IMG/VR virus record: IMGVR_UViG_2526164599_000009
Coordinates: 1-37,661 of that record
DNA: 37,661 bases
Source of the DNA: a virus
Taxonomy: Duplodnaviria > Heunggongvirae > Uroviricota > Caudoviricetes
Direction: 5' to 3' (one strand)
The position numbers and the translations under genes are program-made. Below, piece by piece: positions 9,097 to 18,012 of this stretch (its first letter is position 1; each line of letters starts with the position of its first letter). Under the pieces are notes generated by a model that was not told the DNA's origin, ran no database searches, and saw nothing but the letters and a program-made list of their open reading frames with translations.

Positions 9097-9144
9097 AGCG
9101 CGCATAAAACAGGCAAAAACGGGATTTCAGAATCCCGTAAACGA
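9041..9144. repeat. Two copies of a palindrome-containing repeat (candidate parC-like centromere/operator)
   Basis: ACGGGATT-N6-AATCCCGT palindrome at 9046-9067 (inside the 3' end of A) and again at 9119-9140, 73 bp apart, just upstream of the parM-like start. Confidence 0.35.
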
Positions 9145-9172
9145 TTAATTAATCAACATAAGGAAAAGCGAC

Positions 9173-10132
9173 ATGAAAATTTGTATCGATGACGGCTCCA
9201 CCAACATCAAGCTGGCATGGACTGAGAACGGCGAACGCCGCAACGCCATCAGCCCGAACAGCTTCAAGTCGGAATGGTCTGCGCCGTTCGGTGGCACGCA
9301 GCCCGCGAACTACATGCTTGATGGCGTGCGCTATGGTTTTGATCCGGTCAGCGATCGCTTTGTCCAGACGACCGACACGCAATACCAGTACAGCGATGTG
9401 AATGTCATTGCCATTCATCACGCGCTGGTCAAATCAGGCATCACACCACAGGAAGTGGATGTGGTTGTCACCCTGCCACTGAGCGAATATTTCGACACAA
9501 ACGCACAGCCGGACATGCCCAACATCAACCGCAAAAAAGCGAACGTTATGCGCCCGGTGGAGTACCAGAACGGCGAAGCATTCACTATCCGTAACGTGCG
9601 GGTTATGCCTGAATCCATTCCGGCTGGCTTTAAGGCACTGGCTGACATGAGTCCGTTTGAATCCCTGCTGATTGTGGATTTGGGCGGAACCACGCTGGAT
9701 GTGGCAAAGGTTCAGGGGCAACTGGCAGGTATCAGCCAGGTGTTTTGCGACCCACACGTAGGCGTTTCTCTGATGGCCGATGCCGTACTGTCGGTGATGG
9801 CCACTAACGGTATGCGCACCAGTCACCACATCGCCAATACCATTATCGAACATCGCCATGATGAAGCCTGGCTGCGCCAGCACATCCACAATGACGCGCA
9901 TTACGCCAGCCTGATGGCGGTTATTCGTGAAAAGGAAGAAACACTGAAACAACGCGTGATCCGCGCGCTGGCGGGTTTTTCGGGTTACGGGCGGGTGATG
10001 GTTGTCGGTGGCGGGGCGGAGATTGTGGCACCCGCTATCCGCGAAGCCTGCGGAGTTAATGCGACTTTCATCGCGGACGGGGTGCCACAGTTTGCTCTGG
10101 TTAATGGGCTGTACGCAATGGACAAGGAGTAA
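9173..10132 (+). CDS. parM: ParM/StbA-family actin-like segregation ATPase
   Basis: 319-aa ORF; MKICIDDGSTNIKLAW, SDVNVIAIHHAL, VMPESIPAG, LIVDLGGTTLD and MVVGGGAE match the plasmid R1 ParM signature as recalled. Confidence 0.85.
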   Translation: MKICIDDGSTNIKLAWTENGERRNAISPNSFKSEWSAPFGGTQPANYMLDGVRYGFDPVSDRFVQTTDTQYQYSDVNVIAIHHALVKSGITPQEVDVVVTLPLSEYFDTNAQPDMPNINRKKANVMRPVEYQNGEAFTIRNVRVMPESIPAGFKALADMSPFESLLIVDLGGTTLDVAKVQGQLAGISQVFCDPHVGVSLMADAVLSVMATNGMRTSHHIANTIIEHRHDEAWLRQHIHNDAHYASLMAVIREKEETLKQRVIRALAGFSGYGRVMVVGGGAEIVAPAIREACGVNATFIADGVPQFALVNGLYAMDKE

Positions 10133-10136
10133 ACCA

Positions 10137-10448
10137 ATGACGACACCAACCAGACGAATAAGTTTCTATCTGAAGCCCGCCGCCGTCAAGAACGAAGGCG
10201 AAGCATGCGCCTGGCTGGACAGCCTTACACCAGAAGCCCGCAAAAGCGGCCAACGTGTGGCTTTTCTGGCCGGGCTGGCACTTCTGAAAATGAATCCGGC
10301 AGAGGCTTACCGACTGGCTGCATGGGCTGATGATGAAGCGTTATCAGTGACACAAACCAGGACAGAACGCCCCGCATCACAGCCAGTATCAACCGCACAG
10401 ATAACCAGTCAGATGGCCGGAAATATCCGGGCGTTATTTCCCGAATAA
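10137..10448 (+). CDS. parR: ParR-like centromere-binding adaptor (putative)
   Basis: ATG 10137 after RBS AGGAG; RRISFYLKP...LDSLTPEARKSGQRVAFLAGLALL...IRALFPE parallels R1 ParR as recalled; directly downstream of parM. Confidence 0.65.
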   Translation: MTTPTRRISFYLKPAAVKNEGEACAWLDSLTPEARKSGQRVAFLAGLALLKMNPAEAYRLAAWADDEALSVTQTRTERPASQPVSTAQITSQMAGNIRALFPE

Positions 10449-10511
10449 TACAACATCAGGGCGCATCCGCCCTGATGACTTTAATCCGGGAACACAAACA
10501 AAGGGGACACA

Positions 10512-10844
10512 ATGCAACACATTGACAGAGAAAAAGCGCAGCGACTGATTGAGCGGATGGAAGCGCTGGCGAAAGAAGAAAATGTCAACATCCAAAAAAT
10601 AGCTGAATGTGGCCAGATAGTTCTTCGTCGTGAAAAAGACCTCAAACAACTGATGTCTGGCGAAACCAGCAAAACATGGACTTCAGGCGAGGAAACGATT
10701 TATTGCAGCTTCTGCAATAAATCCCAGTACGAAGTCACAAAGGTGATTGCTGGACCGTCTGTTTACATCTGCAATGAGTGCGTGGATTTGTGCAATGAAA
10801 TTATCAGGAGAGAAGTGGCAGACAAAAAGGGAAAAAACACATGA
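10512..10844 (+). CDS. Small protein with ClpX-type C4 zinc-binding domain
   Basis: [38 protein letters not shown] is near-identical in pattern to the ClpX N-terminal zinc finger; about 65-aa helical N-terminal region; no AAA+ module. Confidence 0.75.
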   Translation: MQHIDREKAQRLIERMEALAKEENVNIQKIAECGQIVLRREKDLKQLMSGETSKTWTSGEETIYCSFCNKSQYEVTKVIAGPSVYICNECVDLCNEIIRREVADKKGKNT

Positions 10845-11155
10845 ACAGAAAACAAAAACAAGAGTTGAAATACTTTTTACGTAAAGAAATTGCCAGGCTT
10901 GAAGATGCAGAATCACGATCATCAGAAATTCCGTTCGGAATGGATATCAACGACGCCCGTATGCTCCAGGCATACCGTATAGCTCAGGCTGTACTACAGG
11001 CAAAACCGTCAGATGGACTGGTTAGAGCAGTACGTTTCTATGAACTGGTAAAACGTGAGAATCCGCCAACCGAAACCGGAGCATGGAAAGACGCTGTTGA
11101 CTGGGTGCTCAAAGAGGCTTGCCAAGCTGTAAACATTGACATCAAAGGAGAGTGA
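10841..11155 (+). CDS. Hypothetical protein
   Basis: 104-aa ORF overlapping the upstream stop by 4 bp. Confidence 0.5.
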   Translation: MNRKQKQELKYFLRKEIARLEDAESRSSEIPFGMDINDARMLQAYRIAQAVLQAKPSDGLVRAVRFYELVKRENPPTETGAWKDAVDWVLKEACQAVNIDIKGE

Positions 11156-11156
11156 T

Positions 11157-11444
11157 ATGGCAACTTTGCAGGAATTAATCGACCTGACGCCAGAACAGGA
11201 AAAAGCGTGGAATCGCCTTGTGAAGGCTGTAAAGGATTTCAGGGCAGCCGGAGGAAAGTTTTATAGCGTCCTGGACACGCTGAGCGCATACAACGGCGAG
11301 CACGTTGCCAGCATTGATAACGATAAGGGCTACCACACTGCAAGCGTTTATATGCCTAGCATTGATGCGCCAGGGCTAACCAGTTGGGCTGATGATTGGC
11401 ACGGCATCACGCTGAAAGATGGCGTTGAAGTGGATGAGGACTAA
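11157..11444 (+). CDS. Hypothetical acidic protein
   Basis: ATG 11157 after RBS AAAGGAG. Confidence 0.5.
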   Translation: MATLQELIDLTPEQEKAWNRLVKAVKDFRAAGGKFYSVLDTLSAYNGEHVASIDNDKGYHTASVYMPSIDAPGLTSWADDWHGITLKDGVEVDED

Positions 11445-11447
11445 CAC

Positions 11448-11708
11448 ATGACAACTTTCACCGACAAAGAACTGATTAAAGAAATCAAAGAGCGCATAGG
11501 CAGCTTGGACGTTCGAGACAATATTGAGCGCCGTGCTTATGAAATTGCACTGGCATCACTGGAAGCAGAGCCAGTAGCATGGATGCATGTAAATAACGGC
11601 ATCGGAATACCAGCAATAACAAGGAGTAAAGAGGTTGCAGAGAGTTGGTTATCAAAAGGCTGGTATGTCCAACCCTTGCATCTGGCCCAGCCTGCATCAA
11701 AGCTATAG
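11448..11708 (+). CDS. Hypothetical protein
   Basis: 86-aa ORF 3 bp after previous stop; last gene of the operon. Confidence 0.5.
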   Translation: MTTFTDKELIKEIKERIGSLDVRDNIERRAYEIALASLEAEPVAWMHVNNGIGIPAITRSKEVAESWLSKGWYVQPLHLAQPASKL

Positions 11709-11717
11709 AAATAAGCC

Positions 11718-11746
11718 AAAACGCCCTCTTCCTGGGCGTTTATTTT
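11718..11746 (+). terminator. Intrinsic terminator ending the accessory operon
   Basis: stem AACGCCC / GGGCGTT (11720-11740) with 7-nt loop, followed by TATTTT. Confidence 0.55.
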
Positions 11747-11748
11747 AA

Positions 11749-11847
11749 TGCACAATAGTGCACAAATTTGCACAATTTTTTTGAACGACTTTTTACCCTT
11801 CCGACCCCCGTGGCGGCTGGATCCGTCAAGGATCCGTGCGTGCACAA
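11749..11847. repeat. Phased TGCACAA heptamer repeats in the predicted cos-proximal region
   Basis: TGCACAA at 11749, 11759 and 11769 (exact 10-bp phasing), fourth copy at 11841; GGATCCGT direct repeat at 11819-11838. Confidence 0.3.
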
Positions 11848-12148
11848 AAAAACGCGTTTTTTCTGCGCGCAGGTGACGGGGGAACAGCCCGCGTTTCAGG
11901 GGGTAAATAGCGTTCCCTTAACGATGTCGCAGCGACACGACAGAATGGCCGTATTTCTCACGCTGAGCGTGAAAAATACGTGAGGGATTCTGGTTTGATG
12001 GGGTGAAAGGTAAGGCCGTCAAAATCGCACTGAGGCGGCGAGAACATGCAGTCAGCGCAGTGGGATTGCGTAAGAGTCTGACCGTCGATGATGGCAATAA
12101 GCAGGAAAGCGTCGTGAAATTATCTGACTGATACAGGAGCTGGAGAGT

Positions 12149-12173
12149 CGGGGCATAAATTTTTTATGCCCCG
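12149..12173 (-). terminator. Hairpin downstream of the portal gene (candidate terminator)
   Basis: inverted repeat CGGGGCATAAA / TTTATGCCCCG just 3' of the minus-strand Q stop; no clear U-tract. Confidence 0.3.
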
Positions 12174-12199
12174 GCGAAGCAGCAGACAAGCGAAGCGCG

Positions 12200-13246
12200 T
12201 CAGGATGTGGGCTGGGTATCTAACAGTGCGTAAGGGTTAAAGCGGATCACCTCTTCGCCAAGCCAGTCATTGATATGCTTCATGGCCTCCATGACGGGCA
12301 TCAGCTCGTTAATTGCGTAAACCCGCGCGGCCTTCTCCACATCACCAAACGCACTTTTTTCGCCCGGCATCGCCCCCATCAGTTGCGGCGGAACGCGGTG
12401 CGCAGCCAGCACATCATCACGGGATGCCGCCTTAACATTCATGAACTCATCTTTTGCGGTGATCTGCTGGAACGGCAAAATTTGCACCCCCTCTTTGCCC
12501 CCGTTGGGCGCATGAATGAGCACGTTTTTAAACGCACCACCACCACGTGCCCCCTGTAGCGTTTCTTTCAGGGAGTCCATGCTTTCGCGGTTTACCTGCG
12601 CTGCACCGATGTAGATGATGCACCCGGCGTGGGATCCGTTGTCGTAGTACAGTTTTCTGAACATGTCCGCCGAATGAGAAAGGCTGGCCGAGAGTAATGC
12701 GCCAAGATATTCCGGCATGCCGTAAATTTCCTGGTTAATGTCCGGATTCATCAGGTGGCACACTTTGCCAGGGCGAAACTGAAACGCGTCCTTGCCATCC
12801 TGCACATACCACCATGATTCAAGATCGCTTCCGCGTCGCACGTATTTCGCCAGTGCGTGCCGTAATTTAAGTGGTTCGCCGAGCATATTACTCCGAAGCT
12901 CAAGGAATGCGTTACCGAACACAAACCAGTCCAGCGCCAGCGCCGAGAAATCCTGCCGGGAAAGCAGCGGGTGCGGGATGTAGCAACCGAGCAATACATT
13001 GCGCTTAAAGTAAAGCGCAGACTGATGCCAGGACGTTTGCCGGGCGGCTCTTGCCAGACCGTACCAGTCCACCGGGGTTTCATACCACCGCCCGTTATCA
13101 GCACAGTACATATTGTCCAGCAGGTCATGCCCGGTCAGGCGATAAGGACCATCAAATGTGAATGCACTGAGCGATGATTCTTTCCTGAGCGCATCAGCGA
13201 GATCAATGCGTGAACTCATGCGCACTTTTTTATTTTTTCTGCTCAT
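12200..13246 (-). CDS. Q: Portal protein (P2 gpQ-like)
   Basis: 348-aa ORF, size and position as P2 Q; downstream of and overlapping the terminase large subunit gene. Confidence 0.85.
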   Translation of the reverse strand: MSRKNKKVRMSSRIDLADALRKESSLSAFTFDGPYRLTGHDLLDNMYCADNGRWYETPVDWYGLARAARQTSWHQSALYFKRNVLLGCYIPHPLLSRQDFSALALDWFVFGNAFLELRSNMLGEPLKLRHALAKYVRRGSDLESWWYVQDGKDAFQFRPGKVCHLMNPDINQEIYGMPEYLGALLSASLSHSADMFRKLYYDNGSHAGCIIYIGAAQVNRESMDSLKETLQGARGGGAFKNVLIHAPNGGKEGVQILPFQQITAKDEFMNVKAASRDDVLAAHRVPPQLMGAMPGEKSAFGDVEKAARVYAINELMPVMEAMKHINDWLGEEVIRFNPYALLDTQPTS

Positions 13247-14997
13247 CAGAACTCCATAACCGTGAAACGCTCGTTTTCTCCTTCGCCGCCAATTGGTTCG
13301 TTAATGACAGCAAGCATGGTTGCCCACGCAAGGTCGCCGTGGCTGATCCCCCTCGCGCGGTCCGTTTCGTAAGTGATAAAGCCGCCCGGTGTTTTCACCT
13401 TACGCACGGCGTTAAAGGCCGCGACCAGCTCGCGTTCGGCGCGATCGTATTCCCACCGTCCGGCACGCATTATTTGCAGCATTTTCAGTACCAGCGACCG
13501 TTTGGATGACAGCGTGAAGGTGTACGGAATAGCAGCAGGGAAAAACCGCTTCACTATCTGATAAACAGCCTCCCCGTTCCCGCCCGTCACATCAATGCCG
13601 ATGTGTTCCACGTTGTAGCTACACGTGAACTCTTCAATGACTCTGGCCTGTTCTTCAAACTCCAGCCCCTGAACGCGTCGCGTCTCCACCGTTCGAAAAC
13701 GGCCACCAGGAACAGCCGGAGGAACCACCACGGACACAGCGCCGCTGTCGCCGTTGCCACTGCTGCCGTTTGCGTCATACCCAATCCATACCGGACGATT
13801 CCCCATCGGGCGGGGAGCAAAAGGTTTCCAGTCTTTCCAGTCGTCGTATCCGTCAACACCGCAGCCAATCAGGATATTCAGGTTAAATGCCGATTCCCCT
13901 TCGCGGACAAACTCACACATATAGAGATTGCGGAACTCGTCTTCGGTGTTTTCATCACGAATTTCGTCAATATCGGTGTGTTTCCAGCCGTGATTAACCA
14001 CATCTTCCAGCGTGACAATTTGCCGCCACGTCCGGTCAGGGCAGATAAGCCCGTTATGCAGCGTTTTCCAGTCCACAGAAAAACGCTGGCGTTTATGCGT
14101 GGCCTTTTTCTCGTTCCAGCGGTCGCCGTTCCAGTAGGCGTATGCCTCGTGCGTTTCGGTGGATGGCGTGGAGAAGTAGGTGCGCCGCAGTCCGCTGAGG
14201 GTTGCCATAGCGCCAGCCACCTTGCGCAGTTCAGCAAAGCGGCTGACCCAGAAAAATTCATCAAAATAAAAATTGCCCGTGTAGGACTGTGCCGTCGCAG
14301 CAGAAGTACCAAGAAAATGCAGCTCTGCACCGTTGGAGAGGATGATTTTATCGCCCCCTTTCAGCTCCACATCAACTTCAGATGCAGCCTTCTGAATAAT
14401 GCTTTTAAACTGGAACGCCTGACGACGCGACGCAGACAAAAAAATCTGGTTACGCTGGTAAGGTTGCGTCACATCGTCACGCAGCGCCATCAGCAGTGCT
14501 TCCTGTGCAAAATACCAGGTCGCCCCAATCTGTCGGGATTTCAGGATCATCCTGTTACGTATCCCGGCTTCCCTGCAAAGGGTCAGGGAGTCAAACCAGC
14601 CCCGCTGATGCCACTCCAGCCTGCTGATGATTTTTTCCCGCAGTGCGGCAATCTGTTCCGGCGTGAAATGATTTTTGAGTTTTTTCGCCCGGCCTTTCTT
14701 TCCTGCGGCCATCACATCCGGCTGGCCATCATGCAGCTTTTTAAGCTGCCGGGTCAGCAGGTCTATTTCCTTAAAGTCACCGCCTGTTTTATTCTGTTTT
14801 TCAGTAAGCTGGATGAGGCGCGCATCGATGGACTGCGTGACACGCTGCACGGGTGGCGTTTCATCCCACTGGTCGCGTTTTTTCCACGCATAAATCGTGT
14901 TCGGGTTTATTCCCATCAGACGTGATATTTCTGCGGGCGGATAACCCTGCCAGTAAAGTTGCCGCGCACGTTGGCGCACAAAAGCGTCCTGAATCAT
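13246..14997 (-). CDS. P: Terminase large (ATPase) subunit (P2 gpP-like)
   Basis: 583-aa ORF; N-terminus MIQDAFVRQRARQLYWQGY and size match P2 P as recalled. Confidence 0.9.
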   Translation of the reverse strand: MIQDAFVRQRARQLYWQGYPPAEISRLMGINPNTIYAWKKRDQWDETPPVQRVTQSIDARLIQLTEKQNKTGGDFKEIDLLTRQLKKLHDGQPDVMAAGKKGRAKKLKNHFTPEQIAALREKIISRLEWHQRGWFDSLTLCREAGIRNRMILKSRQIGATWYFAQEALLMALRDDVTQPYQRNQIFLSASRRQAFQFKSIIQKAASEVDVELKGGDKIILSNGAELHFLGTSAATAQSYTGNFYFDEFFWVSRFAELRKVAGAMATLSGLRRTYFSTPSTETHEAYAYWNGDRWNEKKATHKRQRFSVDWKTLHNGLICPDRTWRQIVTLEDVVNHGWKHTDIDEIRDENTEDEFRNLYMCEFVREGESAFNLNILIGCGVDGYDDWKDWKPFAPRPMGNRPVWIGYDANGSSGNGDSGAVSVVVPPAVPGGRFRTVETRRVQGLEFEEQARVIEEFTCSYNVEHIGIDVTGGNGEAVYQIVKRFFPAAIPYTFTLSSKRSLVLKMLQIMRAGRWEYDRAERELVAAFNAVRKVKTPGGFITYETDRARGISHGDLAWATMLAVINEPIGGEGENERFTVMEF

Positions 14998-15152
14998 TGC
15001 TCCCCCTGAGTAATTACAGGAAGATTACCCGCGCGCGAAACCGTTCTCCTTAACCCCCTGTTCTGGCCGTTTTCTTACAACAAAAGCCCTTTGTATCAGC
15101 CTGTTACGCTTTGCCATCATGACTGAAGAACCAGTCAGAGGGGCAAAAAACT
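14998..15152. promoter_or_regulatory. Divergent late promoter region (P and O operons)
   Basis: intergenic region between divergent packaging/head operons as in P2; TGT-N11-ACG near-match to the recalled Ogr dyad, exact site not resolved. Confidence 0.3.
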
Positions 15153-15989
15153 ATGGCTAATGAAAAAAAGACATCCCGCAAAAAGTTTCGCGTGGCTGTC
15201 TCTGGATCAACTGTTGATGGCCGTGAAATCAGTCCGGTGCATCTGCGTGAAGCCGCCGAGAACTTCAATCCGGATGTTTACGCTGCCCGCGTGAACGTTG
15301 AGCACTATCTCTCGCCATGCCCGTCAAGCGAATTTTCCGCAATGGGCGATGTCACCGCACTGAGTACGGAAGACATTACGGAAGGTCCGCTGGCCGGACG
15401 TACTGCGCTGTATGCAGAAATCGAACCGACCGAGCGCATGAAGCAGCTTGTCGCGGACGGCAAGAAAATCTATTCCAGTATCGAACTGCACCCGCAGTTC
15501 TCCGTTAACGGGCGCGCCTATCTGGTCGGGCTGGCGATGACCGACACCCCGGCAAGCCTGGGCACTGAGCGCCTGAAATTTACGGCACAGCAACGTCAGG
15601 CGGTAATGACGTTCAACAGTGTCCAGGGTGAAGCACCGCTTATCTCCGAAGCCATCGAGTCTGAAATCATCGAAATGGCAGAACAACGCCAGGAAGAAGG
15701 CACCCAGTGGTTTAACCGCGTAATGGGGATTATTGGTCGTGGCCGCAAAGCGGATGACGCCAGTTTCTCCCGTATTCAGGAAGCGCTGGAAGGCGTCGCA
15801 ACGTCACAGGCCGACATTATCGACCGTTTTAATGTGCTGGAAACCCGCCATCAGCAGGACAGCCAGAAAATCACGTCACTGACCACAGAGCTGACAGCAC
15901 TGAAGGAAAAACTGCGCACGCAGGACGGCGATCCGCAGAACCGGTTCACCGCAACAGGTGCAGCCTCCGACCAGCTGGCTGACTTCTGA
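15153..15989 (+). CDS. O: Capsid scaffold protein (P2 gpO-like)
   Basis: 278-aa ORF at the P2 O position. Confidence 0.8.
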   Translation: MANEKKTSRKKFRVAVSGSTVDGREISPVHLREAAENFNPDVYAARVNVEHYLSPCPSSEFSAMGDVTALSTEDITEGPLAGRTALYAEIEPTERMKQLVADGKKIYSSIELHPQFSVNGRAYLVGLAMTDTPASLGTERLKFTAQQRQAVMTFNSVQGEAPLISEAIESEIIEMAEQRQEEGTQWFNRVMGIIGRGRKADDASFSRIQEALEGVATSQADIIDRFNVLETRHQQDSQKITSLTTELTALKEKLRTQDGDPQNRFTATGAASDQLADF

Positions 15990-16012
15990 TAAGACAAAGG
16001 AGCAAATTTTTT

Positions 16013-17065
16013 ATGAATCTGGTGATGTCAGATATTACCCGCAACAAGCTGGGTTGCTATATGGCGCAGCAGGCGTCGCTTAACAATATCCCGGTATCTG
16101 CACTGGTATCGCGATTTACCGTGGAACCCTCGGTGCAGCAGCGTTTTGAAAACGCAGTAAAGGAGAGCACTGAATTTACAAAAAAAATTAACGTGTTCGG
16201 TGTGACCGACCAGAAAGGCGAAAAAATCCTCCTGGACACCACCGGGCCGATTGCGCGCACGAATACCAGTTATGACGGCACAAAACGCCGTAACCCGAAT
16301 AACGTGGTTGATCTGAAAAACCGCAAATACCAGTGCGAACAGGTGAACTACGACACGTTTATTTCGTATCCGCAGCTTGATGCCTGGGCGGCACACCCTG
16401 ATTTTCAGTCCCGCGTCAGCACACAGATTGCCCGGCAGGTGGCGCTTGACCGCATCATGATCGGTTTCAACGGCACGTCTCACGCAGATGAGTCCAACTT
16501 CAGCACTAACAAGCTGCTTCAGGACGTTAACGTGGGGTGGCTGGAGCACATCAGAACCGACGCCAGCGAGCGCGTTATGAATGACGTGACGCTGACCTCC
16601 CGCAACATGGACAACACAGTGGCGCACGCGGGTAAGTATGCGAACGCTGATGCACTGGTACAGGACGCGCGCTCATCCCTGCTGGATGAATGGCACAAGG
16701 AAGCTGACGACCTCGTGGTGATTATGGGGCGCAACCTGTTTAACTCGCTGCGTCTGCCCGTGCTGAACAGCATCAGCGGCCAGAATCCCAATGCGGAATT
16801 ACTTGCCGGACAGCTCATCCTGTCATCGCGCGCCATTGGCGGGCTGGATGTATTCCTTGCGCCATTCTTCCCGGATGCAACGATGCTGATCACCTCGTTC
16901 AACAACCTGTCAATTTACTGGCAGAAAGGAACAATGCGTCGCCTGATGAAAGACGAGCCGGAATACAACCGCATCGCCACCTACCAGTCCATCAATGACG
17001 CTTATGTCGTTGAAGACTATGGCAAGTGCGCGATGGTCACTGGCCTGAAGTTCGCCGACAGCTAA
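16013..17065 (+). CDS. N: Major capsid protein (P2 gpN-like)
   Basis: 350-aa ORF; KFTVEPSV, MIGFNG, LQDVNVGWL, PFFPDATMLIT and YVVEDY match P2 N as recalled. Confidence 0.9.
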   Translation: MNLVMSDITRNKLGCYMAQQASLNNIPVSALVSRFTVEPSVQQRFENAVKESTEFTKKINVFGVTDQKGEKILLDTTGPIARTNTSYDGTKRRNPNNVVDLKNRKYQCEQVNYDTFISYPQLDAWAAHPDFQSRVSTQIARQVALDRIMIGFNGTSHADESNFSTNKLLQDVNVGWLEHIRTDASERVMNDVTLTSRNMDNTVAHAGKYANADALVQDARSSLLDEWHKEADDLVVIMGRNLFNSLRLPVLNSISGQNPNAELLAGQLILSSRAIGGLDVFLAPFFPDATMLITSFNNLSIYWQKGTMRRLMKDEPEYNRIATYQSINDAYVVEDYGKCAMVTGLKFADS

Positions 17066-17110
17066 TCAACTCACGGCGGGCATCATGCCCGCCTGTAACG
17101 GAGAGAAAAA

Positions 17111-17911
17111 ATGATTACTCCTGCACAACAACACTGGCAGAACGTGATGGCACAGCGCGCAGGCCGGGCGAATGAAGGCGTGGACCACGCCGCGCGTACC
17201 GCGCATGAAGAGGTGCTGTATCGTCTGCGTCTGGCGCAGACCCGGCTTAAGGGCGTACAGGCCAGAAGCGCGAAAGCCGCCATCAAAAAAGAGTTGTTGC
17301 CGGACTTTTCTGGCTGGATTGAGGGAACGCTGGAGGCTGACGGCGGGCAACAGGACGAAGTGATTGCCACGCTGATGGTGTGGGCGATTGACTGCGGCGA
17401 TCTTCCGCTTGCGCTGCGTATTGGTGCGTATGTGGTCCGTCACAACCTCATCATGCCGGATAACTTTGGCCGTACTGCTGCCACGGTACTGACCGAAGAA
17501 ATCTGTAATCCGGTACTGACGCAGGCCGGGACGGATGCCGACGCGGATTTGTCCGCCTTTATCGAACCACTGGACACCCTCCGGGAGATTGTCACCGACC
17601 AGGACATGCCGGACGAAGTGCGCGCCAAATTATGCAAGGCGTGCGCCTTTGCCCGCCGTGGCCTGAGTGATGCGGACAGCATGGCCCTGTCACTGAAGCT
17701 GCTGCGCGAAGCGATGCACCTGACCCCGAACGCAGGTGTGAAACGCGAGATTGCAACCCTTTCCCGCGCCCTGAAAAAAGCCGATTCCGCAGCCGCACCA
17801 GAAGATGCCAGCACACCGCAGGCGCAGGACGAAAGCAGCAAAAGTAAAAAGACAACGCGGAAGCCTGCAACACGAAAAACCACCGCGACGCAGAAGGCGA
17901 AGCGCGGTTAA
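17111..17911 (+). CDS. M: Terminase small/endonuclease subunit (P2 gpM-like)
   Basis: 266-aa ORF; MPDEVRAKL motif and basic Lys/Arg-rich C-terminus as in P2 M. Confidence 0.8.
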   Translation: MITPAQQHWQNVMAQRAGRANEGVDHAARTAHEEVLYRLRLAQTRLKGVQARSAKAAIKKELLPDFSGWIEGTLEADGGQQDEVIATLMVWAIDCGDLPLALRIGAYVVRHNLIMPDNFGRTAATVLTEEICNPVLTQAGTDADADLSAFIEPLDTLREIVTDQDMPDEVRAKLCKACAFARRGLSDADSMALSLKLLREAMHLTPNAGVKREIATLSRALKKADSAAAPEDASTPQAQDESSKSKKTTRKPATRKTTATQKAKRG

Positions 17912-18012
17912 CGACTGACCCCGTCAGCGGGCGGCGTGCGCGGTGTTCCGGTTTGACTCCGTGACCGTTTACACCGCACACCCACCGCCCGATTTTTTCA
18001 GGAGTGAACACC

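Noticed and set aside
12030-12050. GAGGCGGCGAGAAC as a possible cohesive-end (cos) sequence resembling the recalled P2 GGCGAGGCGGGG end
   Set aside because: Only partial resemblance and recalled from memory; not reported as a feature.
13603-14925. 440-aa plus-strand ORF
   Set aside because: Entirely antisense to the terminase large subunit gene, which has clear homology; spurious overlap ORF.
16028-16627. 199-aa minus-strand ORF inside the major capsid gene
   Set aside because: Antisense to the capsid gene; no independent support.
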